Below are positions 35,937 to 48,600 of a stretch of 64,000 nucleotides of DNA, piece by piece (within the stretch, counting starts at the first letter, position 1; the number at the start of each line of letters is the position of its first letter). Under the pieces are notes generated by a model. It ran no database searches, was not told the DNA's origin, and saw nothing but the letters and a program-made list of their open reading frames with translations. The stretch covers positions 812,977-876,976 of the forward strand of contig NW_003314300.1 in NCBI RefSeq assembly GCF_000143415.4, given 5' to 3'. This DNA comes from Selaginella moellendorffii (taxonomy: Eukaryota > Plantae > Lycopodiophyta). Made by a program: the position numbers and the translations under genes.

Positions 35937-38900
35937 TCCCCGAATAAAAATCACTTTTCTTCTTTATCAAGCTCCTCACCACCTTTCATCAAAGCCACCA
36001 CCAATTCCCGCAACTTCCACGTCCCATGTCTCCTTTCTTTCACCGGACAATCAGGACTCAAGGCTCTGGCGTTACTGGACTCGGGTGCAACTTCCTGCTT
36101 CATGGACACGGACTTTGCTGCCCGACATTACGTTCCTCTTTCTCCTACCATATGGGATTTGAGGGTTGAAGGCATCGGCGGGCATTTTGTGTCTCCATCT
36201 TCTGGACTTAGGGAAACGTTGCCCGTTCGAGTACACATCGGGTCCACCGTCACCGATATCGCCTTCAACATCATCAACAGCAAGTCCTCCTCTGTGGTGC
36301 TCTGTCTTCCTTGGTTCCAACTACATCAGCCTCAGATCTGTTGGAAGGAATTGCAGCTCATCTCTCCCACGGCTTCCCCTGCTGTTCATCGAGTCCGAAT
36401 CAGGAAAAGTTCCCTAAACTCAAATCGGGGTTCTGTTCCTGACTCTATAAAGTTTTCACCCTCTTCTTTTTCCTCTCTTCCATCTTACACTGGACCGTAT
36501 CCTCGTCTCATCATTCCATTTAGTCGTACGCCTCCTCCTATCTCCACAATCACTATGAAAGAACTCCTTCATGAAGAACCTCTTTTTCTTTTTGCTTTGC
36601 ATGTTTCTCTTGAGAAGTATCATGATTTTGGGGATGTGTTTGACAAGAAAAAAGCTAGTGTACTGCCTGTTCATCGGCCTTATAATTGTCCCATTGATTT
36701 ACAGGAAGGAGTGTCACCTCCATGGGGGCCTATCTACGGGTTATCCCCGTCCGAGCTTAAGGCCCTCAAAGAGTACGTGGATGAGAACCTTGCCTCGGGC
36801 TACATTCAGCATTCGCAGTCCCCGGCTGGAGCACCTGTCTTCTTTGTCAAGAAGAAGGATGGGAGCTTGCGGCTAGTCATCGACTACTGAGGTTTGAACA
36901 AGGTGACTGTTCGAAACCGTTATCCGCTGCCCCTGATCTCGGACCTGTTGGAACGCCTCGGCGGTGCTCGCTTCTTCACCAAGATCGACCTCCGTGGAGC
37001 ATACAACCTGATCCGGATCCGGCCTGGTGATGAATGGAAGACTGCGTTCCGAACCTACTATGGCCACTTTGAGTACACTGTCATGCCATTTGGCTTGACA
37101 AATGCTCCAGCAGTTTTCCAACACATGGCGAACGACGTCTTTCGGGAGTTTCTTGATCAGATGGTGATCGTCTACCTCGATGACATCCTCATCTACTCAA
37201 AAACTCAGGAGGAGCATGACGAACATGCAAGGTGCTAGCGAAGCTGCGAGAACACGGCCTATATGCGAAGCTTGAGAAATGTTCCTTTGATCAGCAGTCT
37301 GTGGAGTTCCTTGGGTACTTTGTCACTCCTGAGGGTATCACGATGGATCCTGCCAAAGTCAAGACTATTCTCGAATGGGAGCCTCCACAATCAATGTCGG
37401 ACGTTCAGGTTTTCCTTGGCTTCGCCAACTTCTACCGCAAATTCATTGATCACTACTCTGACATTGTCCTTCCTCTCACACATCTCACTCGCAAGGATGT
37501 TCCCTTCTCTTGGTCTGCTGCTGCCCAGCAGGCCTTCGACACACTCAAGGTGGCTTTCAGTTCTGCTCCTGTCTTGATCCATGCTGATTCCTCACAACCT
37601 TTCTTCATCGAGGCTGACGCCTCCGACTTTGCCATTGGTGCTGTGCTGTCTCAACTCGCAGCGGATCACAAACTTCATCCGGTCGCTTTCCATTCTTGGA
37701 AATTCCAGCCTGCGGAGATCAATTATGAAATCCACGACAAGGAGCTCCTTGCCATCATGGATTCCTTTGGAGAGTGGCGCCGTTTCTTGGAGGGGGTGAG
37801 CCATCAAACAACAATCTGGATGAATCACAAAAATCTCGAGTACTTTGCCACTTCCCGAGTTTTAAGTAGTCGTCAAGCAAGGTGGGCACAATTCCTGAGT
37901 CGGTTTGACTTTGTTATCAAGTACAGACCTGGAAAGTTTCAAGGCCTTCCTGATGCTCTTTCAAGGCGCTCCTATCTCAGTCTCAGGCCTGGTAATCCTG
38001 CCTTCGATCAACAGGATCAAGTTATCCTCGGTCCCGATCGGCTTCAAGTTATGGCAATTTCCCTGGCCCCTCAGGACTCCTCCTTGATGGATGCAATCAG
38101 AAACGATCTTCAATCTGATGATCTCGCTAGCGACATCTTCCCCCATCTTCAGGCTGGACACCCAGTGACTCCCGACTGCCGGCGATTTTACGAGTTCGAG
38201 TTCTTAGATGGCTTATTGTACGGTGGGGAGCAGCTTTACGTTCCTGAAGGTGATGCTCGAAGGTTGGTCCTGATGGCGTGCCACGATAGCCCGACTGCTG
38301 GTCACTTCGGCATTGCGAAAACCTATGAGCTAGTTGCACGGGACTTTTGGTGGCCTCACATGGACGACTACATCAAAGCTTTTGTTACCTCCTGTGACAC
38401 TTGTGCCCAGAATAAGGTACCTCGCCACCTTCCTTCAGGTTTGCTTCATTCCATTCTGGTCCCTTCAGGTCCTTGGGAATCCATCTCCATGGATTTCTTG
38501 AGTGATCTTCCGAGTTCTGGAGGCTTCAACAGCATTTTAGTCGTGGTGGATCGCTTCACAAAGATGGCGCACTTCTTGCCATGTACCAAGGAGTTTTCGG
38601 GCGAGGACATGGCAAAACTGGTATTCAGGGAAATTTTCCGACTTCATGGGATTCCTACAGATGTGGTTTCGGATCGGGGGCCTCAGTTCATCTCTCATTT
38701 CTGGCAACGGTTTTTGCAGCTGCTTGGAGTATCATCCTCAAACTGATGGGCAGTCCGAGCGAACGATTCAGATGTTGGAACAATTCTTGAGGTGCTTCAT
38801 CAACTATCATCAGGATAACTGGTTCGATATCCTTCCCCTTGCTAAGTTCTCCTATAACAACTCTGTTCACTCCTCTCTTCGAGTTTCCCCCTTCTTTGCG

Positions 38901-39074
38901 AACTCTGGCCGAAATCCCCGATTCAATCTCTCACTTCCTTCTCCATCTGAATCCTCTTGTTCAAATCCCCGCTCTGAGGCATTAATCTCCAACCTCCAAG
39001 AAATCCACAACTCCATCTCCTTCCACCTCCATCATGCTCAGGAATCTCATAAAACATTTGCCAATGTCCATCGT
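35892..39074 (+). pseudogene. pol: Pol (protease, RT, RNase H, integrase core) of the chromovirus
   Basis: ALLDSGATSCF; FVKKKDGSLRLVIDY*GLNK; YLDDILIYS; EADASDFAIGAVL; HDSPTAGHFG...CDTC; SMDF; SDRGPQF; HPQTDGQSER. One stop (36888) and frameshifts near 37232 and 38735. Confidence 0.96.
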
Positions 39075-39734
39075 AAGCTCTATTTCGTTAAAGTGGGATT
39101 TATTCAGTAAAATGGGACTAGGTACAAATTTTCAAGTATTTGAAAATGACGTGAAATTATATGTTTTTTGTCCAGGGGCTAGACATATCTGGGGCATGGT
39201 GACTAGCGCGGTGACTTTGTGTCCAGACTGAGTCCATCTAGTTGTATAATAAATCTCATTGTCAAGGTGAACAAGCCGAATCTGAAGCTAAAGAAGAGCG
39301 ATGGCATGCACGCACACACTATTTGTTTGTTCATTGAGCGTGTGGTGAGCTTTCCAAGATGAACATCATTCCTATTAGCCAGACATATAACTTAATGGTG
39401 AGAACATTTAGATATTATTCAATGTTATCTTTTTCTAATGAATCTAATTGTGAAGGTGTAGCAAGAGGCATTGCTAGTCTGGAGAAGTCATTTAACTCAT
39501 TTGACCCTTAGTGTATTTTCATGAAACTAAATAACATTCATATTATTAAGGAATTTCTCTAGTACCTTTTTTTTACGACATAGAGGCTTGCATTTCTTTC
39601 AAAGGTGATTTAGTAAAAAGCCTGAGGGCACATGCCATTCTATTTCTCAGACCGGTATTAAGATATACTAGTGCAAAGGGAAAAAGGTATTTGGTGATCA
39701 AGTAAATGGCATGAGGGCACACGCCATTATAAGC

Positions 39735-42700
39735 CTAACCGCTAGTGGACACCTCCTTTTTGGTACTCTCAGCGGTACTATCATCCTTCTCCGGGTCAGT
39801 TATTTTGCTTTGGATTGTTGTCTCTGACGTTACTGGGGCGTTCTCGATAGTTGTTAATGTTGCCATTTGTTCAGAAAAATGATCACCTGGAGTATAGTAC
39901 GGGGAGTTTGGAAGACTTATATATTCTACATCTTCACCTATCTCCTTCTCCGTCTCCTTTTCTGCCTCATTTACAGATTTTGTGCTTGCCATAAGAACGC
40001 TCTTCACCCTAAAATATGGAGTTCGTTGTGTTATAAAAGGAAACCAACACACACGCTGCAAGGAATGATGGTACATAAAGCACGTAAGCCCACAATATGG
40101 GTTTATGTGCCATTAATATGGGCCACACGCCATATTATTAGATTTATGCACGTGTGATTGGTAAATGCATATGTCACATCATCTCAGGCCACATGCCATC
40201 ACGCCTCCTTTGATTTAGATTCGGATTGTTCACCTTGAAATAAAATACATTAGAAACTTAGTAAAGGAATATTAATGAATCTCACCTTGAACCCGGGTTA
40301 TGAATGCTCTTGCTGCATCTCTTGCATGGTCTGGCAAAGTGATGGTGGCACTCTGCTTCCGCATCCAACCATGCACAACATTATCCACCGATATGCTCAT
40401 GCTGGGATCCCTTGGATTCAGCACCCATCTCTTTTCTAGGCAATCCTTCGTATATCCGGAACTTGGCTTGAACCACTCCACAGTTACATTGAAGGAGTTA
40501 GTTTCCGCATCCTCCTCTACATCAGTGATGCAGCGCCCCACCCATATCATTTGTTTTTTATTACTGGGTCTGACAAGCACGACCATTCCTTTGCAGACCT
40601 GTACTGGATTGAATGCTGAATCCGGCTTCTTGTTCCTCGGCCCACAATAGTGATCCTCAACATCGTTATCTGTCACTGCATTTCCAGAGGACATTGTTCC
40701 GCTACTATCTGGTGCTCTGGGTTCTGGCCAAAAGGACTCTTCCAATTCTTCATATACAACCGGCCCATTTTGGATAGCAGATATAATCTTCTCCCAGTAT
40801 TCGATCAAAGGCTTGCACCTCTGAAAATAGGATTCTCCACCAAACACCAACCCCCTCTTCCAGAAGGCAATATGCTGTCTAATCCCGGCCACTATACTTT
40901 CCTGGTCTTTGAGTCCATCCGGGTGCATCGGCCGTGGGGAACCCTGAGGTATCATAGGTTCCCCAGTTATGGGATCTCTCTTGAAGAGTTCAATGCCGTC
41001 CACTGGCAGCCACACTGTGTCCCATTCTCTCATCTTGTACCTCATCACTGGAGCACCATCACGCATGCTGAAATGAAACTGAAAAGCCTTGGAGTGGCCA
41101 ATCAACGTTTCGGATCCGTCCCTGATGTAGCCTCTTACAAACCCCTTAAAGTCTAGAACCTCTGTCACAAGTGCAGCTTCAACAGTGCCTTTGATGCAAT
41201 TTTGGAATTCATCGTAGAGTTGTGGGAGGGTGAGGACATTGGATCGCCGGAGGGACTCTGCCAGGTGACTGAACATGGCATCGACGTCTTCATGAGTGTG
41301 CCCAACCATGAGAAAGCCAAGTGTAACCGTTTCAAATATGCCTTTGGCAACAAGCATTGCCATGTATGCGAAGATGTACATGTTTTTGTTCTCACTGCCA
41401 GCATTGTCTGTTTGGAGCAGAAGATGGGGTGGAAGGCCACATCGGCCGCAAGAACTTCCTTGAGATTCTGCTTTGTTTGGATGAGGCTGTGCATTCACCG
41501 GGCGACCAGCCTCGTCGGAATGGCATGAGGCCTCACGTGATAACCCTACAATCTGACGGCCAACATATTCACTAGGATGGCATGGGGCCCCACGTGATAC
41601 TGCAAGCCTTTGCTCCTCCTCCAGCTGAACCCTATATGGGGTTCGATCGACAAGGGCCTTATGCAAGGGTTGGCCGTTCAGCTCAATCTGTGCACTTTGT
41701 AGAGACCTTAAGTGTTTTGCTAGGGACGCAATCATCATGTTTGCACCCCCGCCACCCCATAGAGGTACAAAGAAGTTCCCATAGTTCTGGGCACCATGCC
41801 CATGAGCGATTATGCCAAACAGAGACATAGGCAGCTGCATGGATGAAGAGATTGCCTTGGGGGCAGGATTGAGTCGAGGTAAGCACGTCTTTTTCTGGTC
41901 CATTTTGTCGTGGATGATGCAGAGGTAAGAGTCAGGTCTCTCTATGGAGAGAATCCTGTTATGATAATATGCAGTCCTGCAGCTTCTCTGCTCGATGTTG
42001 TGGTCGAGCCGCCTTCTAACCAATGTCTCTCGCTCTTGAGCGATGCAAGAATTCTTCGACAAAGCCATTTTGATAGCAGTGCACTCGTCACACTTTGAAA
42101 AGATAGAGTACTTTCCTATACTCACATCCCTGAACCTGTTGCTCCACAATCTACTAAATCTAGATTGGCTCAGCTTCCTGTAGCCATTACTCTCGAGTTC
42201 CCGATTCACATCTTCCAATATGGCCCCCTTGGTATACATGGAAGGGAGAACTCGTTGGGTGTCTCGAGTTCCATCTTCCAAGAGGCGGGTTTTATGTGGT
42301 TGCTGCTCGCTACATGTCTCGACAAACATTTTGAAGATTGCCTCTCCATATACAACATGACCCCTGGTTTTGTGAGTACCGTCGTTCCCATGGACTGCCT
42401 GTTGAACCCTTTATTCCTCGAACTCAGTTTTGATTCTGTAGAATGTGGTTCGAGGGACTCCATAAATGATTCTCCATGCCTTCATGTAGACCAAACCCCT
42501 CTGGAAGACCATGCCCCCCACCTGATATTCTGAAGCATCAACAGATGACCATAATGCCTCATACACAAAATTGCGAGCTGCCTTCCAGGACAATGTCTTG
42601 TATCTTGTTCTCTCCTCTTCAATAGCATCCCAATCAGCATGTTGACAGCACCTCCTCTTGCAACAAGCAACTGTCGAGACCATTCGAACCTCCATCGCCA

Positions 42701-43097
42701 TTTTCTGCCTTTTCGGTTCATTGCTCAGATCCCTTTGGCTGCGCTTTAGGAAGGTGTACTTTCTTTTCCCATGAAGAGATGTTCTGTCATCAGTTGTAGT
42801 GGTGTTTGATTGTGAATCCTTCACATTCTCAAACACTAAGTGCCTCAATTTCCACCGCACAATGCTTCCAATAGTCAGACTGTTTTCTTTTGTGTCAACA
42901 ACCTCTAAAATCGCAACTCCAATATCATCCCAGCCCAATTCTTGATTAGCAACCGCATCTCTTGGATCAACAACTGTGGCTAAGCCCTCAGCTACCACCT
43001 CCCCCTCGGGGTTGTTTAGAAACACCTTTGCTTGAATCCATGTAGCACGGTTCTTAAGATCCACGGAGGGAACATGCGTCGCACTTGCGGAGGCCAT
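39735..43097 (-). pseudogene. Sola-like DDD transposase (single in-frame stop at 42411-42413)
   Basis: ORFs 42411-43097 and 40272-42329 share a frame. Motifs CCKRRC, CDEC, IIHDKMDQKKTCLP, LQTDNAGSENKN, FLMVGHTHEDVDAMFS. Probable intron about 40009-40285 and last exon to 39735. Confidence 0.8.
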
Positions 43098-44377
43098 TCT
43101 GAAAGTGTAGAAAAGAAGTTAAGACCATACAAAAAATGATTGGAGAATGGCCTAAATCATAACATACCAAACAACCTCAATAGCATGAGGCCACATGCCA
43201 TTATTCAAACATGCTATTGACACCCACGTGAAATTTCGCATTCACAAAATTGGCATGAGGCCTCATGCCATCTTGATATACACACAACTGCATGCAAGTA
43301 AAAACATATATGACAATACGCTAGCCATGAAATTGCAAGGGCCCAAGATGGCATGTGGCCTCATGCCATTTCTAAATGTGGTCCTAAGCCATTCCATGGT
43401 GAACATACCAGGAAGCACAAGTGCCGAATATCAAGAGGAAGCGGTAGCCACACCAAAGACAGTGCCGCTTGCAACACCGCAACTACTCGTAGCGCCGCTC
43501 TCAACACCGCAACTGCTCGTAGCACCGCTCGCACAAACTGCCACTCGCATAAACTGCCGCTCGCAATGGCGCTCGCAATGCCGCAACCGCTCGTAGACGC
43601 ATAAACCACAGCTCACAACGCCGCTTACACAAGCAGCGCTCACTGCGCTCAGCGGAACCAAGAACACAGCGCACAAAAATGATAGACCTAGGCATGAGTT
43701 TGAGAATTCAAAAATAACACACGCTTGAACGTCACATCAAATCCTCTGACAAACCAGATCTTATGATTCCTTTGACAAATTTCAAACTGAGTAGCTTTTA
43801 GACTTTGCTGTTGGAGGTTGAACTTTGTCACATCATGTCCTTGCCTCGATCCAGCTGTGCCATGTCAGTGATTCGAACTTTGCCATGCCATGTCAGCGAT
43901 CCGCGCAAGGATTATTCGCCGTGTAAAGGAATAATTATGCTGTGTGTGTACGTCCATTTATGGCAATATAAGGCCACACGCCATTCAAAGAATAATGCTA
44001 GTCGAGCATTTTTTGGTGCATTTTTGAGTTCAAAATTGCATGAGCCCACACGCTATAAAGTTTACCTGTACCAAAAATAGAAACAACTTTATTTACTTGG
44101 GAATTTAAGTGGTTGAGGCATTTTTAAACTTACAAACACATGCCCTACTTACATTCCTTTGGTTGCTTAAAATTCAAAAATATTATAAACCTTTCTTTTT
44201 GCATTTTCAATGTTTTCAATTATGGTTTTTGATTTTCGCAGGACCAGCCTAGTAATCTATTTGCATCCCGTCATGTTTATAGCTAGCTTTTGTTTGTCCC
44301 CTTCGCTAGCCTGAGATACATCTGCTCGGCATCTGCCTCTTACAGCATTTGCCCAGAAAGGGCATCTTTGCCACATG

Positions 44378-44403
44378 TTTAGGGTTTAGGGTTTAGGGTT
44401 TAG
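44378..44403 (+). repeat. Short interstitial plant telomeric repeat (TTTAGGG)3+
   Basis: tttagggtttagggtttagggttttag. Confidence 0.85.
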
Positions 44404-45698
44404 CAATTCAGTAGCTTGATAAACATGCAAATACAGAACTTGATGCAAAATCCTTTGATATGTCACAATGCCCCTAGGACCATAAACACATTTCAATAGA
44501 GAGGGTCCTTTCATTTCATAACTCTTTACGTAGATCTTGGTGAAACCAGAGTTAGTGAAGTTAGTTTCTTGTGATCCCGCATCTGATTGTGATGTCCCTT
44601 TGCAGTGTCGATGGAAAGGTCAATGCACACCAAACTGTAAAATCTTGGAGCAAAATAACAGTCGGATCTATGGCAAATGCCCCTAAAACATTGTAAGGCT
44701 CGTGTGGTCTCATGTGGTGTTTGATTGAGATGCTTCTTTGCAGGGTCATCAAGAAAGACATTGTATACCATTCTGTAAAATCTAGTTGCGATCTAACGGT
44801 TGGATCTCCAGAAAACTCAAAAAAATCTCGCGCGTGTCAGAATATTCTAGGAATATACTCCTATGTGCCCCTGAAAATGGCATGCGGCCCCACGCCATTC
44901 AAGAGATAACGCCAGATGACGCCGAGCATTTTTTGGTGCATTTTTTGGGATCAAAATTGCATGAGCCCACAAGCTTGAACGTCACATCAAATCCTCTGAC
45001 AAACCAGATCTTATAATTCCTCTGACAAATTTCAAACTGAGTAGCTGAACATCTGGCATTTTTGGAAATACAAGATGCTTTGGAATATCCAATCATGCAT
45101 GGTATAAATATAGCTAGCGTATTAAATGATATCCCAATCATGATTTTTCTTTTGGATTTCGCGTGCATGCAGTCCGAGGAATGATGACGTTGCGGATTTC
45201 TTTTAGATTTCACATGCATGCATACGCGCGGCGATCCAGAAATTAATGGTGGCGCCCAAGTCCGAGGAATGATGACGTGGCGGGATTACCAACCGTCATG
45301 ACATTTCGCGCGTATGAGGTTAGGTTTTGCATTTTGCTTCGTAGTCGCGCTCGCATCGCGCTCCCACTCGCGATCACACTCACATTCGCGCTCATCTACC
45401 TTCTCTACAGGTTTCTCTTGTGCATCGGCATCCACTCGCGCTTGCATCACACTCGCGCTCGCATCGCGCTCGTGTGCATCGGCGTCCACTTCAAGACACA
45501 CCCAGTTTATAACTTCGCCGCCAACTCCGCCGCCCACTCCGCCACCAACACGTAGCCCACTTGGCGTCCCGGGAGATTTCAGCGCCACTCTCCAACTGTA
45601 AGTGGCAGAGTAGCCTTGCTGCTACGATCCGCTGCACACACAGTGCATATTCGCCAGCGAGTCCGGCCTCGATTGTCACAGCCTCCATTCGGCTTCAA

Positions 45699-48600
45699 AT
45701 GGTAAGTCTTTTAGGCCAAGTAGAAAATGGCATGAGGCCACATGCCATTCAGTAGCAACATTGGCATGCACCGATTGGGCTCTCGAGTGCAGTCCGGTTA
45801 CAGATGGCGTGTAGCCTCACGCCATCTTAGGATGCAGCCTCAAGACATCTGATGCAGTGGTGAATGGCATGTGGCCTCACGTTATTTCTAGCTGCTAGCT
45901 TTTCATCTGTCAGCTCTAATTGTTGTGCATTTCTAAACAGGCGAGGAATTGCGTTCTTCTTCCAGCCACTGTCAATGTGGATGCAGAGAAGGGGGAGGAG
46001 CTCACCAGTTGGACTTTCGGGATGGAAGGCGAGGATCTGAGGCTGTACAACACAGATGGTGGGAGAAAAGAATGCATGGGGATCCTCATCCAAGTGACAG
46101 ACACTCCATGCAGTTCCATGCAAGAATATGGACTGGCACTTGTGGTAGAGACAGCGTCCGCCTTCAAGATCCACCTTGCACATCCTAGCGGCTTCCTGGA
46201 GGGGGGCAGCGGCTATGAGGAATTCCTAGAGGGAGCTAGGGAGAGGTTGTCCAGGAGGCCCACAATTTCAAAGACGCTGCGGGTCTATGAAGATCACATG
46301 GAATCCACGGACCTCACCTACGGCGATGTTCAAAAACTATATTCCAACATTGAGCCGTTGAGAGTGCCTCCAGTTCGCGAAGCGAAGGGGAAGGGGGTCG
46401 ATCTGGAAACTACTCCGAAGCAGAAAAGGGTGGTCAAGCTCAAGCCGATATCCGACTCTCCTGCAGCTCCAAAAAAGAAGCTACTCGGTGATGCCATTGC
46501 CTCGGGTTCAAACACTACACCCACCAAAAAGAAGAGCCGCAAAGAGCAGAAAGAGCAAGAAGAGGCAGCAAAAATCGTCGCAGATAATAGTACTTGTTAC
46601 TATTCCAACAAAGTATATACAATCGACGTGAGCCGTATCGACATCCAAAGCAAATACAACCACAGGCTAGTATCTGATGAGTGGGTGGAGAAACTGAAGC
46701 AGAAGATGCTGGCAAGTCCAGTAACACCCGACATCGTAGACGTGATCCCCTACTACCGAACAATGAAGGGCGAGACGAGGTTTCCAGACTTGATCAATAA
46801 GAAGGTGTTGGACGATCAGAACATCCAGTTCTATGCCGTCTCCGGGCAGCATTCTAGCTTGGCGATGCAAAAGATAGTTGTGGATATTATGGTGGGCGAG
46901 GAGGTGAAGAAAGTCTTCAAGACAAGAGTTGTCCGCTTGATAAAAGGCAATTCGCCCCTCCGATCTATCATATCCATCTCCCACGCGCAGAATGTCAAGC
47001 AAGAAATGTGCTACAATTCGGGTCTGCACGAGACATTGGCACGAACATGGAAGCTCTGGGTTCAACTGAAGAAGCCACAAAAACCAGGATAAGGACGTGC
47101 ACTAGCAACTAGCGCCTGGCAGGTAAGCCTCGTTGCATGTGGCATAGCATGTGGCCTCACGCCATTTCCATTGTAGGAATTCTCGACTCTTCTCTCGAAA
47201 ACACTGGGGGTCAATGACACACTCAGCATCCATAACATTCTACTCGCGACAAAAGTTGTTTTTGACAAATGGGTAGATGTGCTGAGGAGGTACCATGACG
47301 GGGAGTTGCTAAACTCAATGGGTGTGGAGGACGGCCGGAAGCCCAATGATTTGAAACTCAACGCTTTGCGTTTCTCGCGGTCTCTAGACGACGACGACCT
47401 TCTGACAATGGCTAATGCTCTTCTATGTGGTGAGGTAGTCTTCAACAAGACCAAAATGACTCTCGGCCATATTGTGACATACGAGGACTTGTGCACGACT
47501 CTGAGAGCTCATGCGCTATTGAAGGATTGGATCTTCGAGCAAGTGGCCGTGGAGAGGGTGAGCATCGACACCACGCAAGAGATGATGGAAGAGCTGGAGT
47601 TGTCAAATGAAGACATCGACGACTACGTGAAGGGGGCCCCCAAGTTCATCGATCTACTGCGGGATGCCACGAAAAGTAAAGCTGAGAAGTTGGATCAGTA
47701 TCCAAATTTCATTAAGAGGGATGTCGACCGCCGGCTTCAGAAACAGCTCGACCCCGCAGCAGAGGCCTATCGAGAACCTTACCGGGTATACGTGAATTCG
47801 GATGAGGATCAAAGGTGGAGGAGCATCGTTTCCCGCGGAGATGAGCAGGTCAAGAACAGGTATCTTCAGTCCACTATATGATCTACGACTCCGAATCCTA
47901 TCACAAGTTCTAGAAGGCCTTGAACGAGGTGAAGGCTTGGTTGAAAGGCAAGGAGATGTAGGAGATCCATGGGATAATGGCTAAGAAGAAGATACTGACG
48001 AATGTCCGCATCTTCACACTCGCCCTTGTTATTGGTCCTGCAGCAGAGTAGGACTGGAGTGACTTCCCAGCTTCGTTCGACAAGGCCGATCGAATTGATC
48101 TGAGGGAGGTCAATTTACCCGTGCCTGAGGAACTGAAGACAGCTATGGAGCTTTCGAATCTAGAGAAAGCTCCAGGTGCAGCATGGGAAATGCTCAGCTG
48201 GGTCTTCAATGCAATAGCACCTGCTTCCGACTCCAAGGGCAAATGCGTTGTCGAGTACAACTGCAGCGGACTATTCTTTCGAGCCGCACTACTCAAGGGT
48301 GTCCCGTGTGTTGCAGTGACAAACTCCATTGAAGAGGTGACTTCAATGAAGCATATAATTACAGTTGCCAAAGAAAAACAGTATCTTCTCTGCGAACCTG
48401 GTGAGTACGCACTTTAAGTTTAAATGTTATCTCACAAGCTCTGTATGCAGGAGCGTGGCCACCCCCAGATGCTGAAACAGCGTTAACAGCTACTGTTGGG
48501 CTGAGCTCACAACCTGCACAAGGTAAGGTCACATGAGGCCTCAAGCCATTTTGATTATAGATCGTTGTGAATATTCAGACACGAGGACTGAAAAGCGCAC

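Noticed and set aside
44378-44403. Chromosome end or fusion scar
   Set aside because: Only about three units, internal to a transposon.
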